From: Caldisericia bacterium
Lineage (GTDB): Bacteria > Caldisericota > Caldisericia > JAAYUI01
Length of the DNA: 64,000 nt
NCBI GenBank assembly: GCA_963674785.1
Contig: OY771555.1
Span: 1,216,001 to 1,280,000, forward strand
Direction of reading: 5' to 3'
Position numbers and translations under genes: made by a program. Under the pieces are notes generated by a model. That model had not been told where the DNA came from, made no database searches, and saw only the letters and a list, made by a program, of their open reading frames with translations. Positions 55,290 through 64,000 of this stretch are shown here, one piece after another. How positions within the stretch are numbered: the stretch's first letter is position 1; the number at the start of each line of letters is the position of its first letter.

Positions 55290-56864
55290 CTATTTTGAAT
55301 ATCTCAATACAATCTCCTTAGTGTCTGGTACCCATTCAACCTCACAACCAAGACTTTCAGCTAGAAATCTCATTGGAACCATTGTTCTACCGTCGATTAT
55401 GGTTGGAATAACTTCTGGATTGTCAGGGTCAATTTGAGTTTCAACCCCATCAATTCTAGCAGTTGGTTTTCCAATCCAAAGCTCAATGGTTTTATCACCA
55501 AGCGTGCAGATAACCTTTCTTTCCGTTCCATCCCAGGAAACGCTTCCGCCTAGTGGCTCTGTTACATATCTTGCAGACAAAAGGGTGCGGTCGTTTACTA
55601 TTGCGGGGGCAATATCTGAGTCATGTTCGATATTATCAACAGAGTAGCTTTTTTTATCAATCTTGTACTTGACCACTATTGTCCCAGCTTTTCCAAAACA
55701 AGTCAGTATTCCATTAGCATTATCGTAATGAAAAAGTTTCCTGTTCGCTATTTCAATATCAATAAAAAAGGAGTATGGTTTTTTCTCATCGAAGGAATTC
55801 AAAACTGAACCTGTATTGGCATCAAGAATATAAAAAACCTTTCCATTCGAAAAAAAGAGGTTTTCATTATCTGATACAACGCCATTTAAGAAACCATCAT
55901 TTTTATGTTTCCATTTAAGTTTTCCGTTTTTTGGATTATAACAATATAGGGTTTGTGAGGCAGTGATATAAAGATTATTTTCGTCAACTGTTATTTCTGG
56001 ATAACCCAAACTATCATACCAAATTGAATCTTCCCAGACGACTTTCCCATCATTTATTGAGATACACACTAATTTTGCATCACCAGATGCAGGATGTTTG
56101 TAGTACGCTCCAAAACAAAATTGCTCATTTGAAGACAAGACACTATAGCCCCTGTCTTCAAAATCTATTTCCCACTGTTTGGAGAATTTGGTGATATCAG
56201 AGCAGACAAGTTTAGTGTTGAGCTGAAAAATCAATTTATTATTTGATATAATTGGAAAACCGACAAATTCTCCCTCTATATAAGTCGTTTTATCATCTGA
56301 TTTCAAATCTACTTTTTCCATCTTTTTCCAATCAATTGATTGATAAAAACTATTGTTTTTAAATGTACACAAAGAAATTCCATCTTTTGTTCGAGGATCT
56401 TTTCTTGACCATATCTTTTCTAGAGAATTAACATCAAAACTAGAAGTGATTCTGTAGTTTTCTGAAAGACCGTACACGATTAACTGATCGTTATGGATGC
56501 CATATAAACAGGTATTTTTGAGTTTTTTTCCTTCTTCAAAAACTTCAAAATCCATCAATATTTCACCATTATTAGAATCAATTAACAAAATTGAATCATT
56601 TGAGTTAGCTACATAAACTATATCGTCATGACAAAAAAAGGCTAAACCTTCATCTCCTTCACTCAGGTGACTCCCTGGAGCTTCCGTTTCCCAAATCCTT
56701 TTAAGATATCTTCCCGGAGAACATTCTCGAGGTACCGAATTAGAAAATGTTGAATCATAATCTTCATGGCACCAGTTGCAATTATTATTTTCGGCAATGA
56801 TGTTATGCGGAACAATGCAGAGTATTACAAGCGATACTGAAAGTATAAGTGATATATATTTCAT
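55290..56864 (-). CDS. Secreted PQQ-type beta-propeller protein with C-terminal stalk domain
   Basis: Signal peptide; DGKVVWE and NGKLKWK blades; RTLLSARYVTEPLGG and GRTMVPMRFLAESLG. Confidence 0.82.
   Translation of the reverse strand: MKYISLILSVSLVILCIVPHNIIAENNNCNWCHEDYDSTFSNSVPRECSPGRYLKRIWETEAPGSHLSEGDEGLAFFCHDDIVYVANSNDSILLIDSNNGEILMDFEVFEEGKKLKNTCLYGIHNDQLIVYGLSENYRITSSFDVNSLEKIWSRKDPRTKDGISLCTFKNNSFYQSIDWKKMEKVDLKSDDKTTYIEGEFVGFPIISNNKLIFQLNTKLVCSDITKFSKQWEIDFEDRGYSVLSSNEQFCFGAYYKHPASGDAKLVCISINDGKVVWEDSIWYDSLGYPEITVDENNLYITASQTLYCYNPKNGKLKWKHKNDGFLNGVVSDNENLFFSNGKVFYILDANTGSVLNSFDEKKPYSFFIDIEIANRKLFHYDNANGILTCFGKAGTIVVKYKIDKKSYSVDNIEHDSDIAPAIVNDRTLLSARYVTEPLGGSVSWDGTERKVICTLGDKTIELWIGKPTARIDGVETQIDPDNPEVIPTIIDGRTMVPMRFLAESLGCEVEWVPDTKEIVLRYSK
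55342..55576. repeat. 235-bp direct repeat, copy 1 (stalk domain coding)
   Basis: 10 mismatches versus 57361-57595, counted by eye; 75 bp (55425-55499) identical. Confidence 0.9.
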
Positions 56865-56889
56865 AATCTATTTCCTTTGGGTTCCATGA

Positions 56890-57189
56890 TTATGGCGTCC
56901 CTCCATAATAAATGCACTCCCATCTCCAATAATTAGGCGAATCTTTTGGGTTGTCTGGATCTCCATAATAAAACCATATTTTATAACCATCCGTTCCTAG
57001 ACCTATAGCTTCCAAACAGTTATAAGATCCCTGATTTGCTCTCTCAAAAACTGTAACTGCGTAACCCGGTTTATAGTTTCCATCCATCTTCCAGGAGAAT
57101 GTGGTATCATCTGCGCCCAAGAATATCTTAGTAACTGGGGTTACTGAGCCGTTTGTTACCTTAATGACGTTACGAGTAGTAGGTACCAT
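56890..57189 (-). pseudogene. Orphan 99-aa ORF, probably the 3' remnant of a longer gene
   Basis: Protein-like C-terminus without SD or signal peptide; upstream 57190-57300 has short broken frames. Confidence 0.4.
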
Positions 57190-57308
57190 CTAATGTTTCT
57201 TCTTCATCATAGTTCATACCTTACCCTTACCCATTCAAAGGGTAATTGTCCAGGAATGAGGGATAAAACAATGCCCTCCTTGAATACTTCTTTCACAAGT
57301 ATTTTATA

Positions 57309-60300
57309 TTATGGTGAATGTGTAAGAATGATCTCTTTCGTCTCCGCAATCCACTCAACTTCACAACCAAGACTTTCAGCTAGAAATCTCATTGGTACCA
57401 TTGTTCGACCGTCGATTATGGTTGGAACAACTTCTGGATTGTTAGGGTCAATTTGAGTTTCAACCCCATCAATTCTAGCAGTTGGTTTTCCAATCCAAAG
57501 CTCAATGGTTTTATCACCTAGTGTACAGATAACCTTTCTTTCTGTTCCATCCCAGGAAACGTTTCCGCCTAGTGGCTCCGTTACATATCTTGCAGGAAGC
57601 AGAGTTCTTCCACCAATTACCTGCGGGACAACGTCCATTTTTTGTGCACTTTCATCAATATAGTATGTATCTGATCCAAGCTGATATTTGACGCTTATTG
57701 TGGTTGGTTCTTCCGTTATAATATCATCTTCGTTCTTGCCACCATTTGAAGGTGGTGGGGCTGGTTTGTCTCTGTAGGTTTTGTAACAGAAAAGATCTTT
57801 TCCAACTGTTGTGTATATTGCTCCATCTGCAATGGCAATTTTATTTGCAGCGAGATTTGTTTCGATTATCTCTGGTTTTTCTCCGTGTATATCAATTATC
57901 TGAAGCATGCTTCCTTTGGAGAGGAATACATAACCTCCATGAACTGCAAACCCATTTCCGAGGTCGTATTCATCTCTGACTCTCCATTTCAGTTCACTAG
58001 TGTTTGCATCTACTGCAAATATCTGATTGCTTGAAAGGATTATGAGGTCACCTTTATAATAGTGCAGGAAATCGTCTGGGACAGTTGTGTTTTTTTCCAT
58101 CCTGTAGTGCCATTTGAGTTCACCGGAAACAGCTTTATAGCAGTACATCCTTCGCCCCTTGGCTCTTGCAAAAACCTTTTCATCATAAACTATGGGTTGG
58201 CCGAACGAGATATTCTCCGGAGTGATCCACATTAACTCTCCAGTATAGAGCGACAAGCAAAGTATTCTGTTGTCTTTATCAAGTGTGTAAATCATTCCAT
58301 TTTGAGAAACCGGTTGGATTTCGGGATTAACATCATCTCTTCTCCAAAGTACGTCACCAGTAATTGGGTCTATGCAATGGAGTCTGTTGATTGCAAGCAT
58401 TGTAGATACATATTTTGAAACAAATAGAACCCTATTTTTTGCAACAAATGGTGATGTTATGAATTTTGGATGATAGTGGTAACCAAATTTCCAGGTTTCT
58501 GAGCCGTCTTTTCTTGAAATTGAGTGGAACATCCCGTCATTGCCGCCTGTATAGACAGCATTATTTGAAAGAGCAAGTTCGCTCAGTTCTGTACCTTCTA
58601 TTTCGCTGCTATATTTGACTTCTCCATTTTCACTGTCGATTGCAAGCAACATACTTTTGTCTAATCGTGTTATTTTTGATGTGATATATGCAGTGCCATT
58701 TGCAACAACTGGTTGGGTGGGGACAAATGAGTTTTCAAGTTTCCAGTAGAGTTCTAGATTTGAAATATCAATTTCGCAATCTGATTCCTCTCGAAGATAA
58801 TCTTCTTTTATGAATCCCCTGGCCATATACCAACCACAAGGATCATTGTCCTCAAATATCTCTTCCTCCGGTAGTTCTGATGGCGGGTTTGGATCGGTTG
58901 GTGGAAGTGGCTCTGGGTCAGGGTCAGGAACAGGATCAAATATCCAATCATCTTCTGATCTTGGTGAAAGAGCATAGCAGTAAAGACAGTTTTCTCCCTG
59001 GATATAAAAAACCTTACCGTCAATTACACTGTAATACTTGTCGTCATCAATTAACATCCTCGTTGCTGGTTCATGAACAAGGAACATCCAAAGCGTTTTT
59101 CCAGTTTCCGGTTCAACTGCGATGACATAACTTTTCTCACCTTTTGTGCCTGTAAAATAGTAAGTGTCACCAGATAGTTGTTTGAATCTATAACCTTTAC
59201 GGATGTTAAATTTACCCTTCTCGATCCTCCATCTTTCTTCCTTTGTTTCCAAATCAATCCCAACAATATCAACAAATTCTGAGTTCTCTTGAAACTCCTC
59301 AAAGATAAGTGTGTTGTTGTATCTTGCCAGAGAATCCACGTACCCCTTTGAATCAAAACTCCATAATAGATCTCCAGTGTATCTATTTACACAATTGATA
59401 ATATCAATTTTATGTCCCTTGGATGCTACAAGAAGTTTGTTGTCCCAAATTGTTGGATTTCCTGAAACATTATGTGAAAGAGAATCAAATCTCCATATTG
59501 GTTTTCCGGTAAGCTTATCAGTGCAATTGAGCTCAGTACTTACCCAGTACAGGTAGTCTCCTCCATATGCTCCTAGAAAGTTGGGGTAATCAAATGGATA
59601 ATCAAGTTTTGTACTCCATCTGACGTTGCCATCAGTCGAGTTTAGGCAAAAAAGTTCACCATTACAGTTACCGAGGTAGACTCCACCATCATATTCTTGA
59701 ATGTGAACAGGACAGTTGGGTGTTCTGTATCCATGGACCTGGTCTTTGCTCATCCAATCTCTTGTTTGAGTTCTTACATCATACTTCCAAATTGTTTGAT
59801 AGGAATTGTGATCACCAAGAGCAGCACAGTAAAGCTTTCCTCTATTTGAATAGTATTGATATCCATATGTGTCTTCAAGATCAAGCCCTATGTAGACTAC
59901 TTTTTCCCAGAGTTCTTTCCCAGTTTTTTTATCTAAGTAGTTAAGAAAAACGTTTGCATGCCTATTCTGTGGGTCTGGAACTTGTTTATATTCAACAAAG
60001 ACATTGCCGTAATATGTTGCTACTGCCTTATAGTTGCATCTCCTCCAGACAAGGTTGATATTGCTTCCGTGCATTGTTATTTCATCACCCTCCATTGGGG
60101 GATCAGGTTCTGGCACAGGCTCTTTCCCTGGTTTTGCCTTGGCTGAAAGACAATAAATTTCTCCATCGAAACTATTAACAAAGATTTTTCCGTATCCGAT
60201 AGATGGTGTGGATCGGAATGTTTTCTCGAGATTCTTCTCGAGCAAAATATTTCCTTTGTTTGCTAGATCTAGTACGAATAGCTTGCCCTTATCATTAATA

Positions 60301-61286
60301 ACTATTATTTTTGTTCCGACTATCACAGGAGAATTGCTTACTCCATCTACTTCCAGATTTTTCTCCCAAATCCTTATGCCATCTTTTTTTCTTATGCAAT
60401 GGATACTCCCGTCAGTTGCTGCTGCGATAACAAGAGCATCTGTAACTGCAGCTGAGGTATCAAAGCTGTCATCAAATCGTTTAAACCAGTTGACATATTC
60501 CCCATTGCTGCTACTGATGCAGGCTATAGACCCATCATCAAAAGTGAAATATAGATATTTATCTGAATAGCTTGGTGCTGTTGCAATCTGGTTGCTGAAA
60601 CGCCTGCTCCAAATAACAGTACCATTGTCCTTATCAAGACAGTATACTTGTTTATTGCTATCAGAAAAAACTATCCCTGTATCTGTTTCACAAGGAGATG
60701 TAACAATCATTTCTTCAGCAACTCTTGACCATATCATGGAACCATCAGAAAGATCAAGACAAGCAATGACAGCCAACTCAGTGGCTATATAGATTTTCTC
60801 ATCGATTATAATTGGTGAGGAGGAGACTGGTCCTTTCATTTTCTTAGTCCAGATGATTCCTCCAGTTTCGTTATCGAGACAAAAAACTTTTCCATCCTCA
60901 GAATACGTTGGAACAATAATCTTGCTTTCATTTGTGCATGGTGTTGCGACGATTTCTGCTTCAAGATTTTTTCTCCATACCATTGTGCTGGATGAAATAT
61001 CAAATCTGTTGACCATGCCTGAATTACTCGTCGTATAGATTGAGTCAAATGTTACAAGTGGTGAAGTTGAAAAGCCTGACTCAATTTTCCTATTCCAGAA
61101 GATGCCAAAATCTGTGAAATCAATATCACATGAGTCTTTGATAAATTGAGTTCTTGCGTTGTTCCCGCCCCAGCAAAACCAGTTACAATCACTGGATGCA
61201 TCAGCATTTTCAGTGTGTATCCCTGGTAAGATCATTGTAGATATCAATAAGATTGCCAAAAGGATTCTTTTCATTTTTGCCTCCAT
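57309..61286 (-). CDS. Large secreted protein with three PQQ-type beta-propellers and C-terminal stalk domain
   Basis: Signal peptide; three blocks of xGxxxW blades separated by Pro-rich linkers; GRTLLPARYVTEPLGG and GRTMVPMRFLAESLG. Confidence 0.85.
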   Translation of the reverse strand: MEAKMKRILLAILLISTMILPGIHTENADASSDCNWFCWGGNNARTQFIKDSCDIDFTDFGIFWNRKIESGFSTSPLVTFDSIYTTSNSGMVNRFDISSSTMVWRKNLEAEIVATPCTNESKIIVPTYSEDGKVFCLDNETGGIIWTKKMKGPVSSSPIIIDEKIYIATELAVIACLDLSDGSMIWSRVAEEMIVTSPCETDTGIVFSDSNKQVYCLDKDNGTVIWSRRFSNQIATAPSYSDKYLYFTFDDGSIACISSSNGEYVNWFKRFDDSFDTSAAVTDALVIAAATDGSIHCIRKKDGIRIWEKNLEVDGVSNSPVIVGTKIIVINDKGKLFVLDLANKGNILLEKNLEKTFRSTPSIGYGKIFVNSFDGEIYCLSAKAKPGKEPVPEPDPPMEGDEITMHGSNINLVWRRCNYKAVATYYGNVFVEYKQVPDPQNRHANVFLNYLDKKTGKELWEKVVYIGLDLEDTYGYQYYSNRGKLYCAALGDHNSYQTIWKYDVRTQTRDWMSKDQVHGYRTPNCPVHIQEYDGGVYLGNCNGELFCLNSTDGNVRWSTKLDYPFDYPNFLGAYGGDYLYWVSTELNCTDKLTGKPIWRFDSLSHNVSGNPTIWDNKLLVASKGHKIDIINCVNRYTGDLLWSFDSKGYVDSLARYNNTLIFEEFQENSEFVDIVGIDLETKEERWRIEKGKFNIRKGYRFKQLSGDTYYFTGTKGEKSYVIAVEPETGKTLWMFLVHEPATRMLIDDDKYYSVIDGKVFYIQGENCLYCYALSPRSEDDWIFDPVPDPDPEPLPPTDPNPPSELPEEEIFEDNDPCGWYMARGFIKEDYLREESDCEIDISNLELYWKLENSFVPTQPVVANGTAYITSKITRLDKSMLLAIDSENGEVKYSSEIEGTELSELALSNNAVYTGGNDGMFHSISRKDGSETWKFGYHYHPKFITSPFVAKNRVLFVSKYVSTMLAINRLHCIDPITGDVLWRRDDVNPEIQPVSQNGMIYTLDKDNRILCLSLYTGELMWITPENISFGQPIVYDEKVFARAKGRRMYCYKAVSGELKWHYRMEKNTTVPDDFLHYYKGDLIILSSNQIFAVDANTSELKWRVRDEYDLGNGFAVHGGYVFLSKGSMLQIIDIHGEKPEIIETNLAANKIAIADGAIYTTVGKDLFCYKTYRDKPAPPPSNGGKNEDDIITEEPTTISVKYQLGSDTYYIDESAQKMDVVPQVIGGRTLLPARYVTEPLGGNVSWDGTERKVICTLGDKTIELWIGKPTARIDGVETQIDPNNPEVVPTIIDGRTMVPMRFLAESLGCEVEWIAETKEIILTHSP
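57361..57595. repeat. 235-bp direct repeat, copy 2
   Basis: Matches 55342-55576 at an offset of 2019 bp. Confidence 0.9.
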
Positions 61287-61362
61287 AGAGCCATTCTATC
61301 CACAAGAAACCGCTCATTCTACTAACAATCAAGAGAAGAAGAGTTAAAAATCAAGTTTTATT

Positions 61363-63879
61363 CTAATATGACACTGACGGATAAACAATCTCAATTGCCT
61401 GTTCATCAGCAATCCAGTTAACTTCTGCACCAACTGATTCACATGCGAATCTGAGTGGAAGCATTGTTCTTCCCTTAACAATCGTTGGATAGAGAACTGT
61501 AGTACCATCGGCACCAATAATCTTTTTCTCGACACCATTTATTTTTGCAACAGGGTTATCAATCCAAAGCTGAACTTTGATGTCACCAAGTGTTGCATCA
61601 ACTCTTCTTTCGTCTCCATCCCAACCAATTGTTGCCCCAAGTGCTTCATAAACAGCTCTTACTGGCATATAGGTATTGTTATGAAGATCGTGAGGGAGTG
61701 GGGGAGAAGTGTTGACTGGTTTTGGGTCAAGTTCAGGCATCTCTTCACCATTTTTTTTAAATCTTGGGGTATTTACCCAGAGTTTGAGTCTTGTCCGGGT
61801 ATCAGACTCTTGCAACATATATTCTTTTATTTCTGAATTCCCAGCCCTATCAACAACCTTAATATCGATAACCATCTCAATCCCTGTCATCTCAATATCC
61901 CTATAAAACCAAGCTAATTCTGTGGATGTGTCGACAAGCTCATCAGCTTCTTCTCCATTGATAAAAACTCTTGCATCAGGCTCGGTTTCAATTTTCACCC
62001 TAAAAGCTTCAAATTCCCTAATAATAGTGTTTTCATTTGGTTCAAGAACCACAAACTCTGGCGGAGTAATATCATAGGTAATTTTAAATACTGGAGTAAA
62101 ACTTAAGTTACAAGCTTGATCCGTATATTTAAGATCAAAAACACTTGTTCCGTCTATCAATTCAACTTTGTATTCCCATTCTTTTGCCATCTTATCTTCA
62201 TAAAAAGATGTCATTTCTCCCTTTGAAATAACACTTATTCTTGATGAGCCATTCTGAGCGATTGTCACGGAATCAAAGTATTGATTCTTGATTTCTCCGT
62301 TTTCTTCTATGTTTTCTGCAAAGATTTCACCTCTGAATGTAAATACTTTTTTGTTTGTATACACTCGATTCTCTGTTGGATAGGTAATAGATGCTTCGGG
62401 TTTTGAGGTATCAATCATAATTCTTTTATGGTTTGGGCTTTCTTTTGTTCCATCGGTTTCTGAGTAGTAGTAAAAATCAATGATGCTACACTCATCATCA
62501 ATAAAAATTGGTTTTAAATATTCGTGGGGGTCATTTTCACCGCCCTCAAAGTAGTAATAGACTTTCACATCTGGATTATTACAAGCTAGCTCTATCTCTA
62601 TTGGCTCGTTGTACCACCCATCGCAACCAAGTTTTTCTTCTTCATCAATAATTTTGAGAGTTGTTTCAATCTCCCTTTCTTTTACCTCAAGGGCTTCTGA
62701 TTCGATGAATTCTGGTTCAGAAGTTGTTGATACAAAAACAGAAAATGGCTCTTCACACTTGTTTTCAAAAAGCTTCCCATCGATTTCTATCTCTACATGA
62801 CCATTGTTATTGACATCAACGGGGCTAACAAATGAAATGATATTGTTCTTTTTGTCCAATTCAAAGTTCGAATCCTCACGAATCCCCTGGACTCCGTTTA
62901 CTGTGAAGTATTTTGATAACGTATATTTTTTTGCAACCTCAAAACAATTTGGGAAATCGATGATTATTTTTGATGAATCTTTATCAAGAGCACCACCCTC
63001 ACCGACATTGAATTCAACATTATATTTTGTAATCTCGCCTTCATCATTCAAATAATAAAAGAAATTGGGTTTAGATATCTCTGAACATGGGAGCACAAAA
63101 GAATCAGATTCAACTGGAGTTGGTTCGGCTTTTGTTGCAACTCTTAATCTATATCTTCCAGGTGTTGCGGGAGAGATGATTCCTGTTTTAGCGGAAACAC
63201 CTAAGGCAATTGGATTGTATCCTTGCCTCCAAGTTTCAATCCCATAGCTTGTCAAAAATTTTATTGATCTCTCGGTGCAGGTTTGAGTGATTTCTGGATA
63301 ATACCACCACCTGCATGGGTCATATCCAACCATTAATAAATCATCGAATTTTGACAAGAATTGTTCTCTATCTTCATCATCTTCTGGAATAGATGGAAAA
63401 ACTGTTCCGAGAAGATACTCTTTGTCATCAAAATTAATAACACTTTTTAGCTCTCGATTCGAAGAAGTTTCACAATCACCTATGTCAATATACTTTACTT
63501 CCGGTATTTCATCCATACCTGAAGTTTTATAAATCTTATTTTTTGTAATAAGTCTACAATTTTTTGATTCCAGATATGCAAGATTGTATTCCTGGTCAAT
63601 TTCACCACAAATTTCTTTAGGATCTGAATCTGCTTCTGTTACTGGAAACCATATTTTAAACCAGTCATGTGGATCCAAATCGATATTCAACAACACATGT
63701 ATAGTAAAGTTATTCAACGAGTTTGCTCTTGCTCGTCCTGGCTCTTTATCACCCCAACTGGTATTTAACTCCACACGAACTGGCCCTAAAACAGCACCTG
63801 TGGTATCAATCCATAAGAATGAAAAAACTAATAACACTACAACTATTGTTATAAAAAGCTTTTTTGAGTTTCTGTTCAT
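61363..63879 (-). CDS. Secreted multi-Ig-domain surface protein with C-terminal stalk domain
   Basis: Signal peptide from MNRNSK; DGWY, IDTSKP, DITPP and DRAGN Ig-like motifs; TYMPVRAVYEALG and GRTMLPLRFACESVG. Confidence 0.82.
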   Translation of the reverse strand: MNRNSKKLFITIVVVLLVFSFLWIDTTGAVLGPVRVELNTSWGDKEPGRARANSLNNFTIHVLLNIDLDPHDWFKIWFPVTEADSDPKEICGEIDQEYNLAYLESKNCRLITKNKIYKTSGMDEIPEVKYIDIGDCETSSNRELKSVINFDDKEYLLGTVFPSIPEDDEDREQFLSKFDDLLMVGYDPCRWWYYPEITQTCTERSIKFLTSYGIETWRQGYNPIALGVSAKTGIISPATPGRYRLRVATKAEPTPVESDSFVLPCSEISKPNFFYYLNDEGEITKYNVEFNVGEGGALDKDSSKIIIDFPNCFEVAKKYTLSKYFTVNGVQGIREDSNFELDKKNNIISFVSPVDVNNNGHVEIEIDGKLFENKCEEPFSVFVSTTSEPEFIESEALEVKEREIETTLKIIDEEEKLGCDGWYNEPIEIELACNNPDVKVYYYFEGGENDPHEYLKPIFIDDECSIIDFYYYSETDGTKESPNHKRIMIDTSKPEASITYPTENRVYTNKKVFTFRGEIFAENIEENGEIKNQYFDSVTIAQNGSSRISVISKGEMTSFYEDKMAKEWEYKVELIDGTSVFDLKYTDQACNLSFTPVFKITYDITPPEFVVLEPNENTIIREFEAFRVKIETEPDARVFINGEEADELVDTSTELAWFYRDIEMTGIEMVIDIKVVDRAGNSEIKEYMLQESDTRTRLKLWVNTPRFKKNGEEMPELDPKPVNTSPPLPHDLHNNTYMPVRAVYEALGATIGWDGDERRVDATLGDIKVQLWIDNPVAKINGVEKKIIGADGTTVLYPTIVKGRTMLPLRFACESVGAEVNWIADEQAIEIVYPSVSY

Positions 63880-63973
63880 AAAACTACCCCCTCTCACATA
63901 AAACCATTATCTTCAGAACAAGACCCCTAAGCAATAGATAGAAGGGGATATAAAAGTAAAATCACACAAAAAG

Positions 63974-64000
63974 AAAAACCCCCTGGAATTTCCAGGGGGT
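63974..64000 (-). terminator. Rho-independent terminator of a gene beyond the window
   Basis: ACCCCCTGGAA/TTCCAGGGGGT stem preceded by an A-run. Confidence 0.7.

Noticed and set aside
57187-57210. Pyrrolysine or amber readthrough at the in-frame TAG before the orphan ORF
   Set aside because: Readthrough adds only a short N-terminal extension, and no pyl genes are in the window.
55342-57595. DGR template/variable repeat pair
   Set aside because: Mismatches are not confined to adenines of one copy, most are synonymous, both copies are coding, and no reverse transcriptase is in the window.
1-64000. CRISPR array, IS element, prophage or rRNA
   Set aside because: I saw no spaced direct repeats and no transposase, integrase, phage structural or rRNA signatures.

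Overview
AT-rich bacterial chromosomal window with about 50 CDSs and two tRNAs (Met-CAT, Phe-GAA). I found no rRNA, CRISPR array, transposase, integrase or reverse transcriptase. Housekeeping genes include trxA, cobB, tsaA/trmO, folC, pckA, cobO-meaB-B12-binding mutase subunit, ftsB-like, a Na/Pi symporter, flotillin-NfeD, a Kv-type channel, a CLC-CBS protein and hsp20. They are interleaved with many large secreted proteins: eight carry a copper-amine-oxidase-N-terminal-like (stalk) domain, and several have PQQ-type beta-propellers. This profile recalls Caldisericota genomes (inference only). Best leads: (1) an RNAP alpha-CTD/sigma70-region-4 fusion gene directly behind hsp20, with a TTGAC-N11-GTCAAGGTCT element shared by the hsp20 and trxA upstream regions; (2) a coupled SAMHD1/YwfO-like HD dNTPase plus YwgA/Panacea-like gene pair, and an EVE-PD-(D/E)XK nuclease, both defence candidates; (3) a family of surface proteins built from Cys-bracketed modules (10 tandem copies in one protein) near a surface CGYC thioredoxin-fold protein; (4) widespread leaderless promoter-start architecture; (5) one roughly 897-aa gene broken by four +1 homopolymer frameshifts; (6) a NYN nuclease and a cysteine-desulfurase-like enzyme whose catalytic residues are replaced. 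All family calls come from motif recognition by eye; no database searches were run.
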